Assembly (NCBI GenBank): GCA_052035195.1
Contig: JBPOHU010000009.1
Span: 34,107-98,106 of the forward strand
Origin: Candidatus Nomurabacteria bacterium
GTDB taxonomy: Bacteria; Patescibacteriota; Minisyncoccia; Phycocordibacterales; UBA9973
DNA: 64,000 bases
Reading direction: 5' to 3'
The notes under the pieces are model-generated. The model was not told the DNA's origin, did no database searches, and was given only the letters and a program-made list of their open reading frames with translations. Below are positions 39,204 to 49,304 of this stretch, in pieces (within the stretch, counting starts at the first letter, position 1; each line of letters begins with the position of its first letter). Made by a program: the position numbers and the translations under genes.

Positions 39204-39852
39204 TATGGAGAATTCACCAGAAGAAAATAATAAAAATAAACCCTGGGATTGGAAAGAGTATTATGAACTTATTGGAGAAAAAGGGTATACAAAAAATCTT
39301 GAAGAATCAATAAATTATTGTGAAGAAAAAGATTTTGCTCTTGATATTGGTGCGGGGAATTTAAGAGATACAAAGTTTTTACTCGAAAAAGGTTTTACTG
39401 TAACAGCTATTGATACTTCTTCAGAATCAGAGCGGCTGGCCAAAGAATTAAATAATTCTTCATTAAAAATGTTCACTGGCAGAATCGGGGAATTTGATTT
39501 TCCTGATAGTCACTTTTCTTTGGTGAACGCCCAAGGGATACTATTTCATATTCATAAAGATAGGTTTGATATTGTCTTTAATAAAATTAAAAAGTCTATT
39601 AAATCCGGAGGTGTATTATGCGCAGATTTTATAGGAGAAAATGATGACTGGAATCTTGAAGGGGGAATTAAATATATTTTAACTAAAGAAAACTTAGATA
39701 AAATACAACAAGATTTTGAAATAAAATCTTTGCATGATTATGAGGTAGACGAATCAGAAGAAACCAGAGAGATGAAAGCAAAGTATCGAGATAACCCAGA
39801 TTATAAACCAAAACACTGGCATCATATAGATATAATTGCTATAAAGAAATAA
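39196..39852 (+). CDS. class I SAM-dependent methyltransferase (TehB-like)
   Basis: ALDIGAG, G..VTAID, K.GG, KHWH..I.A.K. Confidence 0.85.
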   Translation: MNNMENSPEENNKNKPWDWKEYYELIGEKGYTKNLEESINYCEEKDFALDIGAGNLRDTKFLLEKGFTVTAIDTSSESERLAKELNNSSLKMFTGRIGEFDFPDSHFSLVNAQGILFHIHKDRFDIVFNKIKKSIKSGGVLCADFIGENDDWNLEGGIKYILTKENLDKIQQDFEIKSLHDYEVDESEETREMKAKYRDNPDYKPKHWHHIDIIAIKK

Positions 39853-39915
39853 CTTGCTTTTTATAAAAAATTATGTTATAATATATTAGATAACAATTTT
39901 GTAAAACTTTAAAAA

Positions 39916-40425
39916 TTGAATTATATGGTTCTTCAAAAATTAATAAAATTAGTTTCAAGTGGAGATACTATTCTTCATGGAAGTCCTAATTATTTCAATG
40001 AAATAATACCAAGGCTAACTGATGGAGAAATAGCTATTTGTGCGTCTGTTGTTCCAGAAATTACTTTGTACCATGCACTTTTAAAAGGTTCTCCTGGAAG
40101 AAAGATTGGAGGTGGTGCTTGGAGTTTTAATAAAAAACGCTTTGAAAGAGCAACCATTACATTTCGTCTTACTAAAGAGATGTTAAATTTTCTTTTATCA
40201 AAACCTAAATTAACTGGTTATGTGTACCCGATGGACACCTATGATTTTGATAGAAGAGGGTTAGCTGAATGTCGTTTATATAAATCAAGATTTTTGAGAA
40301 CAAAAATTTTGGTTACAGAAGATGATTTGCCATTTAATCCAGCAGTAGGTCAGCTTGAATATAAGATTGAATTACCTTACAAGTTTAAAAACCATTTTGC
40401 TATTGAATTAAATGTAACTAATTAA
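39916..40425 (+). CDS. hypothetical protein
   Basis: LHGS...I.PR and GYVY motifs, possibly ADP-ribosyltransferase-like fold (weak); own TTGCTT-17-TATAAT promoter and terminator. Confidence 0.65.
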   Translation: MNYMVLQKLIKLVSSGDTILHGSPNYFNEIIPRLTDGEIAICASVVPEITLYHALLKGSPGRKIGGGAWSFNKKRFERATITFRLTKEMLNFLLSKPKLTGYVYPMDTYDFDRRGLAECRLYKSRFLRTKILVTEDDLPFNPAVGQLEYKIELPYKFKNHFAIELNVTN

Positions 40426-40485
40426 TTTTAAGCCCCTAAATAGGGGCTTTTTTTATTGGTTTTTTTGGAGTAGAATAGGGTCATT

Positions 40486-41910
40486 ATGGATAGAACATAC
40501 ATCGGAGAGTTGGGTATAAAAACAGGTCAAAACGTGCTTATTAAGGGTTGGGTAGACGTACGTCGTGACCAAGGTAAAATGGTCTTTTTTGATTTTCGTG
40601 ATATGTCTGGGACTATCCAAGGGGTAGTACTACCAAATCGTGCCGATGTGATAGAGATTGCCAAGACTTGTAGACCAGAGAGTGTACTTGCTGTTGAAGG
40701 TATCGTGAATGCTCGACCAGAGAGAAATGTTGTTGCTGGTAAATTAAATGGGGATATAGAGCTCGAAGTTACAAGTATCACAGTGCTTAACAATGCAGAA
40801 CCACTTCCATTTGAAATTAATGTTGATACAAAAGATGTAGGAGAAGAAACACGATTGAAATATCGATACCTAGATCTTCGAAGCGCTCGAATGCAAAGAA
40901 ATATTCGTACTCGTGATGCTGTTATACATCATGTTCGCAATTATTTGCACAATGAAAAATTTATTGAAGTAGAAACTCCTATTCTTACCAAGAGTACTCC
41001 AGAAGGTGCGCGCGACTATGTTGTACCATCTAGACTTTATCCAGGTCACTTTTATGCGCTTCCACAATCTCCGCAACAATACAAACAACTCCTTATGACA
41101 GGAGGTGTAGAGAGGTATTTTCAAATAGCAAAATGTATGCGAGATGAGGACGGTCGCGGGGATAGACAACCAGAATTCACTCAGCTTGATATGGAAATGT
41201 CTTTTGTGAAGCGTGATGATGTCATGGCTATCAACGAAGCTCTTATTATAGATATCGTAACAAAACTTTTCCCAGAGAAGCGTATTCAAGAGATTCCATT
41301 TCCTCGTATCTCTTATAAAGAATCAATGGAAAAATATGGCAATGATCGACCAGACATCCGTACTGACAAAGAAGATTCAAACTTATTAGCGTTTTGCTGG
41401 ATTATAGATTTTCCATTCTTTGAACGCACCGACAAGAGTGATAACCCACAAGCAGAAGGTGAGTGGACATTTACTCACAATCCATTTTCTCGACCTATCG
41501 AAGATCATATGGAGGCATTGATGGAGAAAAAAGATCTCGCAAGTATCCTAACTACACAGTATGATATTTGTCTCAATGGCTACGAAATAGGTGGTGGTTC
41601 AATACGTAACCATACATATGAAGCGCTAGCAAAAGTATTTGAAATACTAGGTCACAAACAAGAAGATATAGAAAACAACTTCGGTCATATGCTTCATGCA
41701 TTTAAAACAGGTACTCCTCCTCATGGAGGAATAGCCTGGGGGCTCGATCGTTTCCTAATGCTTCTTTTGAACGAACCAAATATTCGCGAAGTCATGGCCT
41801 TTCCAAAGACAGGAGAGAGCAAAGATCCTATGATGCAGGCACCATCTGAGGTTTCTAACAAACAACTCGACGAACTTCATCTTGTGCTCAAGAAAATAGA
41901 TAAGAAATAA
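40486..41910 (+). CDS. aspS: aspartate--tRNA ligase (short form lacking the GAD insertion)
   Basis: OB fold, RLKYRYLDLR, PEGARDY, LPQSPQQYKQ, DRQPEFTQLD, PPHGGIA.GLDR. Confidence 0.96.
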   Translation: MDRTYIGELGIKTGQNVLIKGWVDVRRDQGKMVFFDFRDMSGTIQGVVLPNRADVIEIAKTCRPESVLAVEGIVNARPERNVVAGKLNGDIELEVTSITVLNNAEPLPFEINVDTKDVGEETRLKYRYLDLRSARMQRNIRTRDAVIHHVRNYLHNEKFIEVETPILTKSTPEGARDYVVPSRLYPGHFYALPQSPQQYKQLLMTGGVERYFQIAKCMRDEDGRGDRQPEFTQLDMEMSFVKRDDVMAINEALIIDIVTKLFPEKRIQEIPFPRISYKESMEKYGNDRPDIRTDKEDSNLLAFCWIIDFPFFERTDKSDNPQAEGEWTFTHNPFSRPIEDHMEALMEKKDLASILTTQYDICLNGYEIGGGSIRNHTYEALAKVFEILGHKQEDIENNFGHMLHAFKTGTPPHGGIAWGLDRFLMLLLNEPNIREVMAFPKTGESKDPMMQAPSEVSNKQLDELHLVLKKIDKK

Positions 41911-41979
41911 AAAAAAGTTAATCAAAAAAGCAGGTCCCAGGGGCTTGCTTTTTTGTTATTAAAATGGTATAAAATAAGT

Positions 41980-42305
41980 GTAAGGAATTATTTTCATTCT
42001 TTACAACAGTTCTTATACAAAAAGGAACAGCAAAAACATTTTGGGGAGCCAGACTTCTTTGAAGTTTAACTCACGGCACTACAGGCCCTCAAATTGGCGT
42101 GATCATAATGTATAACCTGACTTTGTCAGCGCCATCGATCATATTTTTTTTACGGTATATATTTTATATACCTTCACGATTCCTTTTTAACAAATACACT
42201 TGTTCTTTATTCTCAATATTTTTAGTTCTTTTTTTCACAATTTCATACCCTCGTCTACACGGGCAGTTTTCTTTCGAAAACTGCCCGGAATCTTTTTTAG
42301 GGTAT
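41980..42305. ncRNA. candidate structured non-coding region
   Basis: Promoter TTGCTT-17-TATAAA at 41945-41973 points into an ORF-poor stretch with several stem-loops. Confidence 0.3.
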
Positions 42306-42354
42306 AAATAAAAAAGCCCCACATTGTTGCGGGGCTGAGAAAAGGGGGTATTTT

Positions 42355-42723
42355 TTATTTTTTATCCTTTTCCTTTTTAGGAGCGAGACTCTGCAGGTTT
42401 TTATACAGCTCCCTCATATCAGGGAACAGCTCCTGTTTTTCAATCATAAAATCAATTAAAGCCCCGTAGGCGGTATTCATTTTTTCGATGTTTATTTCCA
42501 AAGCTTTCGTGAACATTTCTTTCTTTTCTTTTGAGTTGATATCGCTCAAAATGATATTGGGAAATAACTTCTCATTCAGCATCTGAAGTGCTGCCTCTGC
42601 TTTTAATTCATTACTTTCTACAAAAGAAGAGTTGTTGTGCAGAGGAAACGAGGAAAAAATTCGCCTCCCGATTTCATTTGTGAGGGTGCTTTGGAGCGCC
42701 GCAGCATAAGGATTTTGTGACAT
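42355..42723 (-). CDS. hypothetical protein
   Basis: 122-aa ORF with a TTGCTT/TATAAT promoter and a terminator at 42311-42337. Confidence 0.65.
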   Translation of the reverse strand: MSQNPYAAALQSTLTNEIGRRIFSSFPLHNNSSFVESNELKAEAALQMLNEKLFPNIILSDINSKEKKEMFTKALEINIEKMNTAYGALIDFMIEKQELFPDMRELYKNLQSLAPKKEKDKK

Positions 42724-42873
42724 AAATAAATGATTTAAAGAACAAAGTATCTCTTACTAGAATTGGATACTTCAGATTTGTTGTATCTAGTATGAGTATA
42801 TTATACCATACTTTTTTGTAGAAAGCAAACAGCTTCAAAATAGGCCTATTTTTAGGTATAATTACCATATCTA

Positions 42874-43647
42874 ATGACTACTGAAGCTCAGCAATTTCAT
42901 ATAAAACACGAGCAGTTTGAAGGGCCGGTGGAGGTCCTACTTGAGCTTATAGAAAAAAGAAAGCTTTTTGTAAACGATATTTCTTTGGCATCTGTTACAG
43001 ATGATTTTATTTTATATATTCAAGAAAAGGGGATGCAACCAGAGCACGTAGCATCATTTCTCTCTGTTGCTGCAACACTACTTCTCATCAAGGCGCGATC
43101 ACTACTTCCAAACCTAGAGCTCACTACAGAAGAATCAGAATCCATCACTGAGCTTGAGCGTCGTGTTGCTTTATACCAAATAATCACTGAAGTATCTAAA
43201 AGTATTACTTCTTTGTACGGCAAAAAGATTTCTTTTGAAGGGGTACCCCGCTCTGGTGGAGTTGTATTTGCGCCAGACCCATCTTTGACTGCCGATATGC
43301 TGCCATCCCTTATAGAAATGGTAGCAGTGAGAGTACCACCTCCTGCTCCAAAGCGTGTAGAAGCTAGGGTTTTTAAAACTATTTCTATTAGAGAGGTGCT
43401 CGATACTTTGCATGAGCGTATACAAAGAGCCATGTCAGTGAACTTCAGTGACATTATTGTTCACGCCCCCGAAGGTGATTCAAAAGAGCAAAAAGTCTAT
43501 GTGATAGTCTCATTTCTTGGTATGCTAGAGCTAGTTAGAAGGGGTTTTGTTGAGGCAGAGCAAGAAGAAAATTTCCAAAATATTCGTCTCCAAAAACAAG
43601 AACAAAAAGAGCCTCTCTCTACAGAGAAAACAGGATATGAAGAATAA
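42874..43647 (+). CDS. scpA: segregation and condensation protein A
   Basis: FEGP...LL.LI, IKARSLLP, V..FL..LEL. Confidence 0.93.
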   Translation: MTTEAQQFHIKHEQFEGPVEVLLELIEKRKLFVNDISLASVTDDFILYIQEKGMQPEHVASFLSVAATLLLIKARSLLPNLELTTEESESITELERRVALYQIITEVSKSITSLYGKKISFEGVPRSGGVVFAPDPSLTADMLPSLIEMVAVRVPPPAPKRVEARVFKTISIREVLDTLHERIQRAMSVNFSDIIVHAPEGDSKEQKVYVIVSFLGMLELVRRGFVEAEQEENFQNIRLQKQEQKEPLSTEKTGYEE

Positions 43648-44170
43648 TATTTCACAACAAATCGAAAGTTTACTTTTTGCTACGGCTGATCCTCAGAGTT
43701 TTAAGTCTTTGGCAAATAGACTCAGTGTTTCTGTAGAAGAAATAAAAGAAGCTATTTCAATATTGGAAAGTTCTTTGGAAGGTCATGCAATGATGATAGT
43801 ACGAGAAGGAGAAGAGATAGTTATGGTTACTAGACCAGAACATAGTGCTCTCATAGAAACTATCAGAAAAGAAGAACTTTCTAAAGAACTCTCTAAATCA
43901 AGCGCAGAAACTCTCTCTATTATTGTTTACCATCAAGGAGTTTCTAAGGCTCAGATTGAATTTATAAGAGGGGTTAATGCCTCTTATGCTATTCGCGCCC
44001 TTTCTATGAGAGGCTTGATTGAAGCTCGTGGTGCTGGTAGAAGTGTTCTTTATTATCCGACTCTAGTTATGCTGGAGCACTTCGGTGTCTCTAGGGTAGA
44101 GGATTTGCCGGAGTACGCCGCTACTTCTGAAAAAATTAAAAAATTATTAAACCAAGAAGAATCGCAATAA
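43637..44170 (+). CDS. scpB: segregation and condensation protein B
   Basis: IESLLFA, ETLSII.Y, I..IRGVN, Y.PT...L..FG....DLP. Start ATG at 43637. Confidence 0.93.
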   Translation: MKNNISQQIESLLFATADPQSFKSLANRLSVSVEEIKEAISILESSLEGHAMMIVREGEEIVMVTRPEHSALIETIRKEELSKELSKSSAETLSIIVYHQGVSKAQIEFIRGVNASYAIRALSMRGLIEARGAGRSVLYYPTLVMLEHFGVSRVEDLPEYAATSEKIKKLLNQEESQ

Positions 44171-44174
44171 AACT

Positions 44175-45224
44175 ATGATGTTAAATGTTATTAAAATTTT
44201 CTTACCAACAGCTCTTACTTTTGCTATCGGTATTTTGCTTACTCCTCGTCTTACCGGATACATGTATAAATACAAGCTTTGGAAAAAGCGCAAAAGAGTA
44301 GATGATGCAGAAATAACAAATGAACATATGGCAAAAATATCTAATGCCGAAGCAGAAGTCTCAACTCCTCGTGTGGGCGGGATTATTATCTGGCTTTCAG
44401 TGACTCTCTCTATTGTTATCATGTGGCTTATTTCAAAAGCCTTTCCTTCTGACCTCTCTAGTAAGCTCGATTTCTTAAGTCGCGGACAAACCCTTGTCCC
44501 TCTGGCTTCTCTTCTACTAGGAGCTTTTATTGGTCTTGTGGATGATATAGCTCAGATTCGCGGAGCACTTGATCAGATTTCACACCGCTATAAAAAGATC
44601 GCGGTAGTAATTTTCTTAGGAGCTCTTATTGGTGCTTGGTTTTATTTTAAACTCGGAGTTCAATCAATAGCGATACCTTTTACTGGAAATGAATTTTCTT
44701 TGGGATTGCTTTTCATACCATTTTTCATTGTTGTACTTTTAGCTGTTTTTTCTGGAAGTGTTATAGATGGTATGGATGGTTTGGCTGGGGGAGTACTCGC
44801 TATTATTTTTGCTTCTTATTCAATAATAGCTTTCGAGAAAAACCTGATAGATATAGCAGCTTTCTCTGGAGTTATTTCAGGAGGGATCTTGGCTTTCCTT
44901 TGGTTTAATATTCCACCTGCTAGATTTTATATGGGAGAAAATGGCATCTTAGGTTTGTTAGTTGTTTTGACGGTTATAGCCTTCCTTACAGATACAGTAT
45001 TACTTCTACCTATCATTGCTCTTCCGCTCGCTGCAACTACTGCTTCAAATATCATACAAATAACTAGCTATAAATATTTTGGAAAGCGTCGAGTATTTAA
45101 AATCGCTCCTCTTCATCATCACTTCCATGCTTTAGGTTGGCCAAGAGAAAAAGTAGTAATGCGTTATTGGGTAGTATCTGTTATTTGTGCTGTTGTTGGG
45201 GTAGTTGTTGCTCTTATTAGTTAA
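44175..45224 (+). CDS. mraY: phospho-N-acetylmuramoyl-pentapeptide transferase
   Basis: TP..GG, GLVDD, DGMDGL, FN.PPAR.YMG, APLHHHF. Confidence 0.93.
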   Translation: MMLNVIKIFLPTALTFAIGILLTPRLTGYMYKYKLWKKRKRVDDAEITNEHMAKISNAEAEVSTPRVGGIIIWLSVTLSIVIMWLISKAFPSDLSSKLDFLSRGQTLVPLASLLLGAFIGLVDDIAQIRGALDQISHRYKKIAVVIFLGALIGAWFYFKLGVQSIAIPFTGNEFSLGLLFIPFFIVVLLAVFSGSVIDGMDGLAGGVLAIIFASYSIIAFEKNLIDIAAFSGVISGGILAFLWFNIPPARFYMGENGILGLLVVLTVIAFLTDTVLLLPIIALPLAATTASNIIQITSYKYFGKRRVFKIAPLHHHFHALGWPREKVVMRYWVVSVICAVVGVVVALIS

Positions 45225-45235
45225 AATTTAAAAAA

Positions 45236-46369
45236 ATGAATCGCATCAAAGAATTTTTTCTTGAAAAACAAAAACCATTTGACGCGTACTTTTTTTGGAT
45301 TGTTATTTTAATAGCTGGTTTAGGATTGCTGTTTTTTATTTCTGCTTCTCTTGGAATACTCGCTCGTAGTGAGACCAAGTTTTATGGGGTTCTTTTTAAC
45401 CAAATAGTTTTTGGTTTTGTTGGAGGACTGATAGCCTTATGGTTTTGTGCTCGAGTACCTTATACATTTTGGCGGAAATACGCTTTCTATATTTTTCTAG
45501 GAGCTCTTGCTTTGACTGTTTCTGTTTTTATAAATGGTTTTGGCTTTGAGCATGGAGGAGCAAGAAGATGGGTTTCTATTTTTGGTGTTTCTCTTCAGCC
45601 TGCAGAATTTTTGAAAATAGCTTTTGTTATTTATTTTTCTGCATGGTTGGCTTGGACTCGTAAAAAACAAGAAGATATCAAGTTTCGTATTTTGCCATTA
45701 CTTGTTCTTTTAGGAATAGTAGCTTTGGCTCTTTTGCGACAACCAGATACCAAGAGTTTGATACTTATTATTGCAGCTGCTTCCGGCATGCTTTTCACTT
45801 CTGGTGTCTCTTGGAAAAAAGTAGTCGGCATAGTAGTTCTCGGTATTGGGGCTGTAGTTGTACTAGCTTTTGTCCGGCCTTATGTTATGGATCGTATCAA
45901 GACCTTTATAAACCCTGCTAGTGACCCTAGAGGAGCTTCTTATCAGCTTCAGCAGTCTTTGATAGCCATAGGCTCAGGAGGAACATTTGGACGAGGTCTT
46001 GGTCAAAGTGTTCAGAAGTTTAACTATTTGCCAGAACCACAAGGGGACTCAATCTTTGCCGTTATTGGCGAAGAATTCGGTTTTGTTGGGACAACACTAC
46101 TTTTAGTTTTGTATATTTTCTTTGCAATTCGTGGCTTCAAAATAGCCCTTCGTGCGCCGGATACATTTTCTAGGTATCTAGTTGTAGGACTGATCACTCT
46201 TTTGACAGCTCAATCATTTTTAAATATTGCTTCTTTGGTAGGACTATTTCCTCTAACTGGAGTACCTCTTGTTTTTATCAGTCACGGAGGGACAAGTTTG
46301 ATGATTGCTCTGGGGGCTGTCGGTATTATTCTTAATGTTTCTCGGCAACAAAAGAAGCCTGTAGTATAA
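45236..46369 (+). CDS. ftsW: SEDS peptidoglycan polymerase FtsW
   Basis: GARRW, QPAEFLK, QPD, LPEP..DSIFAVIGEE.G, P.TG.PL.FIS.GGTS. Confidence 0.93.
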   Translation: MNRIKEFFLEKQKPFDAYFFWIVILIAGLGLLFFISASLGILARSETKFYGVLFNQIVFGFVGGLIALWFCARVPYTFWRKYAFYIFLGALALTVSVFINGFGFEHGGARRWVSIFGVSLQPAEFLKIAFVIYFSAWLAWTRKKQEDIKFRILPLLVLLGIVALALLRQPDTKSLILIIAAASGMLFTSGVSWKKVVGIVVLGIGAVVVLAFVRPYVMDRIKTFINPASDPRGASYQLQQSLIAIGSGGTFGRGLGQSVQKFNYLPEPQGDSIFAVIGEEFGFVGTTLLLVLYIFFAIRGFKIALRAPDTFSRYLVVGLITLLTAQSFLNIASLVGLFPLTGVPLVFISHGGTSLMIALGAVGIILNVSRQQKKPVV

Positions 46370-46377
46370 TAAAGATT

Positions 46378-47505
46378 ATGCGTATTTTACTGACAGGAGG
46401 AGGAACAGGAGGGCATGTGTACCCTTTGATTGCTATTGCAGAGGAGCTCAATCGTATTGCTGACGAAGAGAGAATATTAAACTTCAAGCTTTATTACGCT
46501 TCGAACTCTCCTTATGACAAAGAAGCTCTAGAGCGACAATTCATCACTTTTGTTCCAATAACAGCAGGGAAGCTCAGAGTTTATTTTTCATTTAAAAATT
46601 TTATAGACATTTTCAAAACTTTTTACGGAGTTTTTCGAGCTATATTTACTATCTTTCGTATTTATCCAGATGTTGTTATTAGTAAGGGTGGTTATGTGGC
46701 ATTTCCTGTTTTATTTGCCGCTAGAGTTTTGAGAATACCAGTTGTTATACATGAGTCAGATACTGTTCCAGGAAGAGTGAGTCTTTGGTCAGGCAAGTTT
46801 GCAAAACGTATCGCAGTGTCTTTCCCGGAAGCTGCTAGTTATTTTGATTCAGCTCGTGTTGCTGTTACCGGTCAGCCAGTTCGAACTTCTATCATCTCTG
46901 CAGCCAAAGAAGGTGCTAATGCATTTTTTGATATGAGTGATACTGTTCCAACTATTGGTATTTTTGCAGGAAGCCAAGGAGCAGAAGTTATCAACGATAC
47001 AATACTACGCATCCTTCCAGAACTTCTTCAGTCTTATCAAGTCATACACCAAACAGGAGAAAAGAATTTTGAAAACATCAAAAGTGATGTAAGTATTATG
47101 CTCGGGGATGATACTCATAGAACTCGTTATAAACCATTTCCTTTTCTAAATGATTTACAAACCAAAATGTTTGGTGGGGCAGTGGATGTGATTGTCGGTC
47201 GCTCCGGAAGCTCTCTTTTTGAAATGGCGGCTTGGGGCAAACCTTCTATACTTATTCCTTATGCTATTGCTCACGGAGATCACCAAAGAAAAAATGCATA
47301 TCACTATGCTCGTAGTGGCGCTTGTGTTGTTATTGAAGAATCAAACCTCACTCCTTCAGTTTTGAAAAATGAAATAGAGTCAGTCTTAACTCACAAAGAT
47401 AAACAAGAAGCCATGTCTCGTCATGCCAAAGAATTCTTCAAGTCTACTGCCGCTAGAGAAATAGCAATAGAAGCAGTTAAAATAGCTCTCGAACACGAAA
47501 AATAA
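46378..47505 (+). CDS. murG: undecaprenyldiphospho-muramoylpentapeptide beta-N-acetylglucosaminyltransferase
   Basis: GGGTGGH.YP, KGGYV..P, HESD..PG, GSQGA, HQ..NA. Confidence 0.95.
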   Translation: MRILLTGGGTGGHVYPLIAIAEELNRIADEERILNFKLYYASNSPYDKEALERQFITFVPITAGKLRVYFSFKNFIDIFKTFYGVFRAIFTIFRIYPDVVISKGGYVAFPVLFAARVLRIPVVIHESDTVPGRVSLWSGKFAKRIAVSFPEAASYFDSARVAVTGQPVRTSIISAAKEGANAFFDMSDTVPTIGIFAGSQGAEVINDTILRILPELLQSYQVIHQTGEKNFENIKSDVSIMLGDDTHRTRYKPFPFLNDLQTKMFGGAVDVIVGRSGSSLFEMAAWGKPSILIPYAIAHGDHQRKNAYHYARSGACVVIEESNLTPSVLKNEIESVLTHKDKQEAMSRHAKEFFKSTAAREIAIEAVKIALEHEK

Positions 47506-47526
47506 AAAAGCCTCAAAAATTCTAAA

Positions 47527-47859
47527 TTAGACTTTTTGAGGCTTTAATCTTTTTGGTAAAAACCATCCCTGAATCCAAAAAAATATCGGTATTGAAAATT
47601 TTAACAAAAAAGACCCAAATATATAGACGCCTAGGTCTTCATTGATTAAGAATGCCGTAAAGAACAAGATTAATACAATGATTGCAAGGAAAGCTATAAA
47701 TTTTGAGTATCTCTTGATTTCTGTTCTTCTGATACCTGTTGGATGCTTGAAATGTTTTACCAAATATCCATGATGCGAAATTACAAGTAGATTAAAAATA
47801 TTTAACAATATTGCAAGAGCAAATATTGCCCAAGACAGGATTTCTAATAATTTTTCCAA
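47527..47859 (-). CDS. 3-TM hypothetical protein (cassette 4)
   Basis: TTG start; own TTGACA promoter at 47897-47902. Confidence 0.65.
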   Translation of the reverse strand: MEKLLEILSWAIFALAILLNIFNLLVISHHGYLVKHFKHPTGIRRTEIKRYSKFIAFLAIIVLILFFTAFLINEDLGVYIFGSFLLKFSIPIFFWIQGWFLPKRLKPQKV

Positions 47860-47966
47860 GGTGTTATTTTTGTTTAATTTACACTTTTTAAAATTTTTGT
47901 CAAAAAAAACTCTCCCTGGACAAGGAGAGTTGTTATGTAAAAACTAAAACGAGAAACTTTTATAAC

Positions 47967-48302
47967 CTAGTTATTATATAGACGCCGCCTTGCTTTTATG
48001 CGGGCTTTTGTCACCATCTTTCCAATCGTATAGATTGTCACGCACAGGATGCTGGTGATAGAAAATATGGTTATTATCTTCAGGAAGAAGCCGATTTCCC
48101 AATTAGTTTTTTCATCTGTTGATATAGCAAAAAAAACAGACAAAAGAAAAATAAGTGAAAAAATTATCCAGAAGTACACACTCCACATTTTTAACAGTGA
48201 AGGAGGGAGCATTCTGTGGGATCCGGTCCATAGCCCGAAAATAAAAGAGCAGATCAAAAGCGTAATTGCTATTAAGATAGAAATTAACAAATAAGTTTCC
48301 AT
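47967..48302 (-). CDS. 3-TM hypothetical protein (cassette 3)
   Basis: Start METY chosen because the -10 (TACTAT at 48327-48332) abuts the longer start. Confidence 0.7.
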   Translation of the reverse strand: METYLLISILIAITLLICSFIFGLWTGSHRMLPPSLLKMWSVYFWIIFSLIFLLSVFFAISTDEKTNWEIGFFLKIITIFSITSILCVTIYTIGKMVTKARIKARRRLYNN

Positions 48303-48393
48303 GGTTAACAAGTTTTGTTTGCTCATATAGTACTAGAATTTAAATTTTTGTCAAAAAAATACCCCGCAGATTTTATTTTGCGGGGTATAGCAT

Positions 48394-48810
48394 TTAAGCT
48401 GTTTGTTTCAGTGCCAGATTATCTTTTTTGAACTTCACACTTTGAAGTTCTTTGGTTACTTCACTTTCGGCGATTTCTGTCAAAATATCCCAATCAACGA
48501 GGTGGCTGATCCTCTCTATCTCTATGTCATATCCAGGGAATGACACAAATTTGAAAACCTTGCCACCTCCTAGACCTTCATATCTTGCAGATATGAGGTT
48601 CTCAGCCAATCTCTTTTGCCAGGGTTTTGCCATGGCAATATGCTCCTGAGAAGCTTTGAAATTCTCATGAGAAAAGCGGGGTACAACAGGGTCTTTTTCA
48701 TCAAAAAAAGACAACATAAGAGGAACAGATAAAGGTTTAAAAACCCTCTTTAAGATTGCTTTGTTAGGTGTTTCTTTGGGGAATACCCACAGAAATTTCT
48801 TTTTTGCCAT
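48394..48810 (-). CDS. hypothetical protein, possible Nfu/NifU N-terminal-like domain (cassette 2)
   Basis: ETPN...LK near the N-terminus and LA..L...FVSF....I.I.R....DWD.L pattern. Confidence 0.65.
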   Translation of the reverse strand: MAKKKFLWVFPKETPNKAILKRVFKPLSVPLMLSFFDEKDPVVPRFSHENFKASQEHIAMAKPWQKRLAENLISARYEGLGGGKVFKFVSFPGYDIEIERISHLVDWDILTEIAESEVTKELQSVKFKKDNLALKQTA

Positions 48811-48872
48811 AATTGGATTAGTTTTTTGTTATTCTAATACAAAAATAATTTTTGTCAAAAAAAACCCTTCTT

Positions 48873-49304
48873 TCACGAAGAAAGTAAGGGTCTGTGATTT
48901 CTTGGCTTCTCTGGAAGGTTTATTGTTATAACCTCCGTTTTTAAAACATAAGAAAGCATGGGGTTTATAGCTTCTGCTATTATCCACCAATCAATAGTCG
49001 GGCCATATCTTTGCAAGCGGACACACCCTTTTTCAAATGTAATTGTTTTAAAAGGTGCCCTTTTGCCAAAACCGTCATTTATCAGCATCCCTACAAGTAG
49101 TTCTTTTATAAAATCTTTTTGCAGTTGCGTCATAAGGTCAGTATCATGGCTAAACTCGATGTAGTTGATATGGGTGACCATTATTTTTGGTTGGTTTCTT
49201 GTACCAGGAAAAATCTCCTGGTTGTGAGCAGGAACCAAAAAGGCGGTTTCAGAGCTTTTTTTACTTGGTCTCCAGGTGATTGTTAAGGTGTTACTATTTT
49301 CCAT
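48873..49304 (-). CDS. hypothetical protein, apparent paralog of 48394-48810 (cassette 1)
   Basis: Shared QK...L...G.G....FK.(V/I)(S/T)F.......R.....DW.I..E pattern. Confidence 0.65.
   Translation of the reverse strand: MENSNTLTITWRPSKKSSETAFLVPAHNQEIFPGTRNQPKIMVTHINYIEFSHDTDLMTQLQKDFIKELLVGMLINDGFGKRAPFKTITFEKGCVRLQRYGPTIDWWIIAEAINPMLSYVLKTEVITINLPEKPRNHRPLLSS

Noticed and set aside
42099-42311. 70-aa Phe-rich ORF
   Set aside because: Low-complexity translation of a T-rich structured region with a GTG start; more likely non-coding
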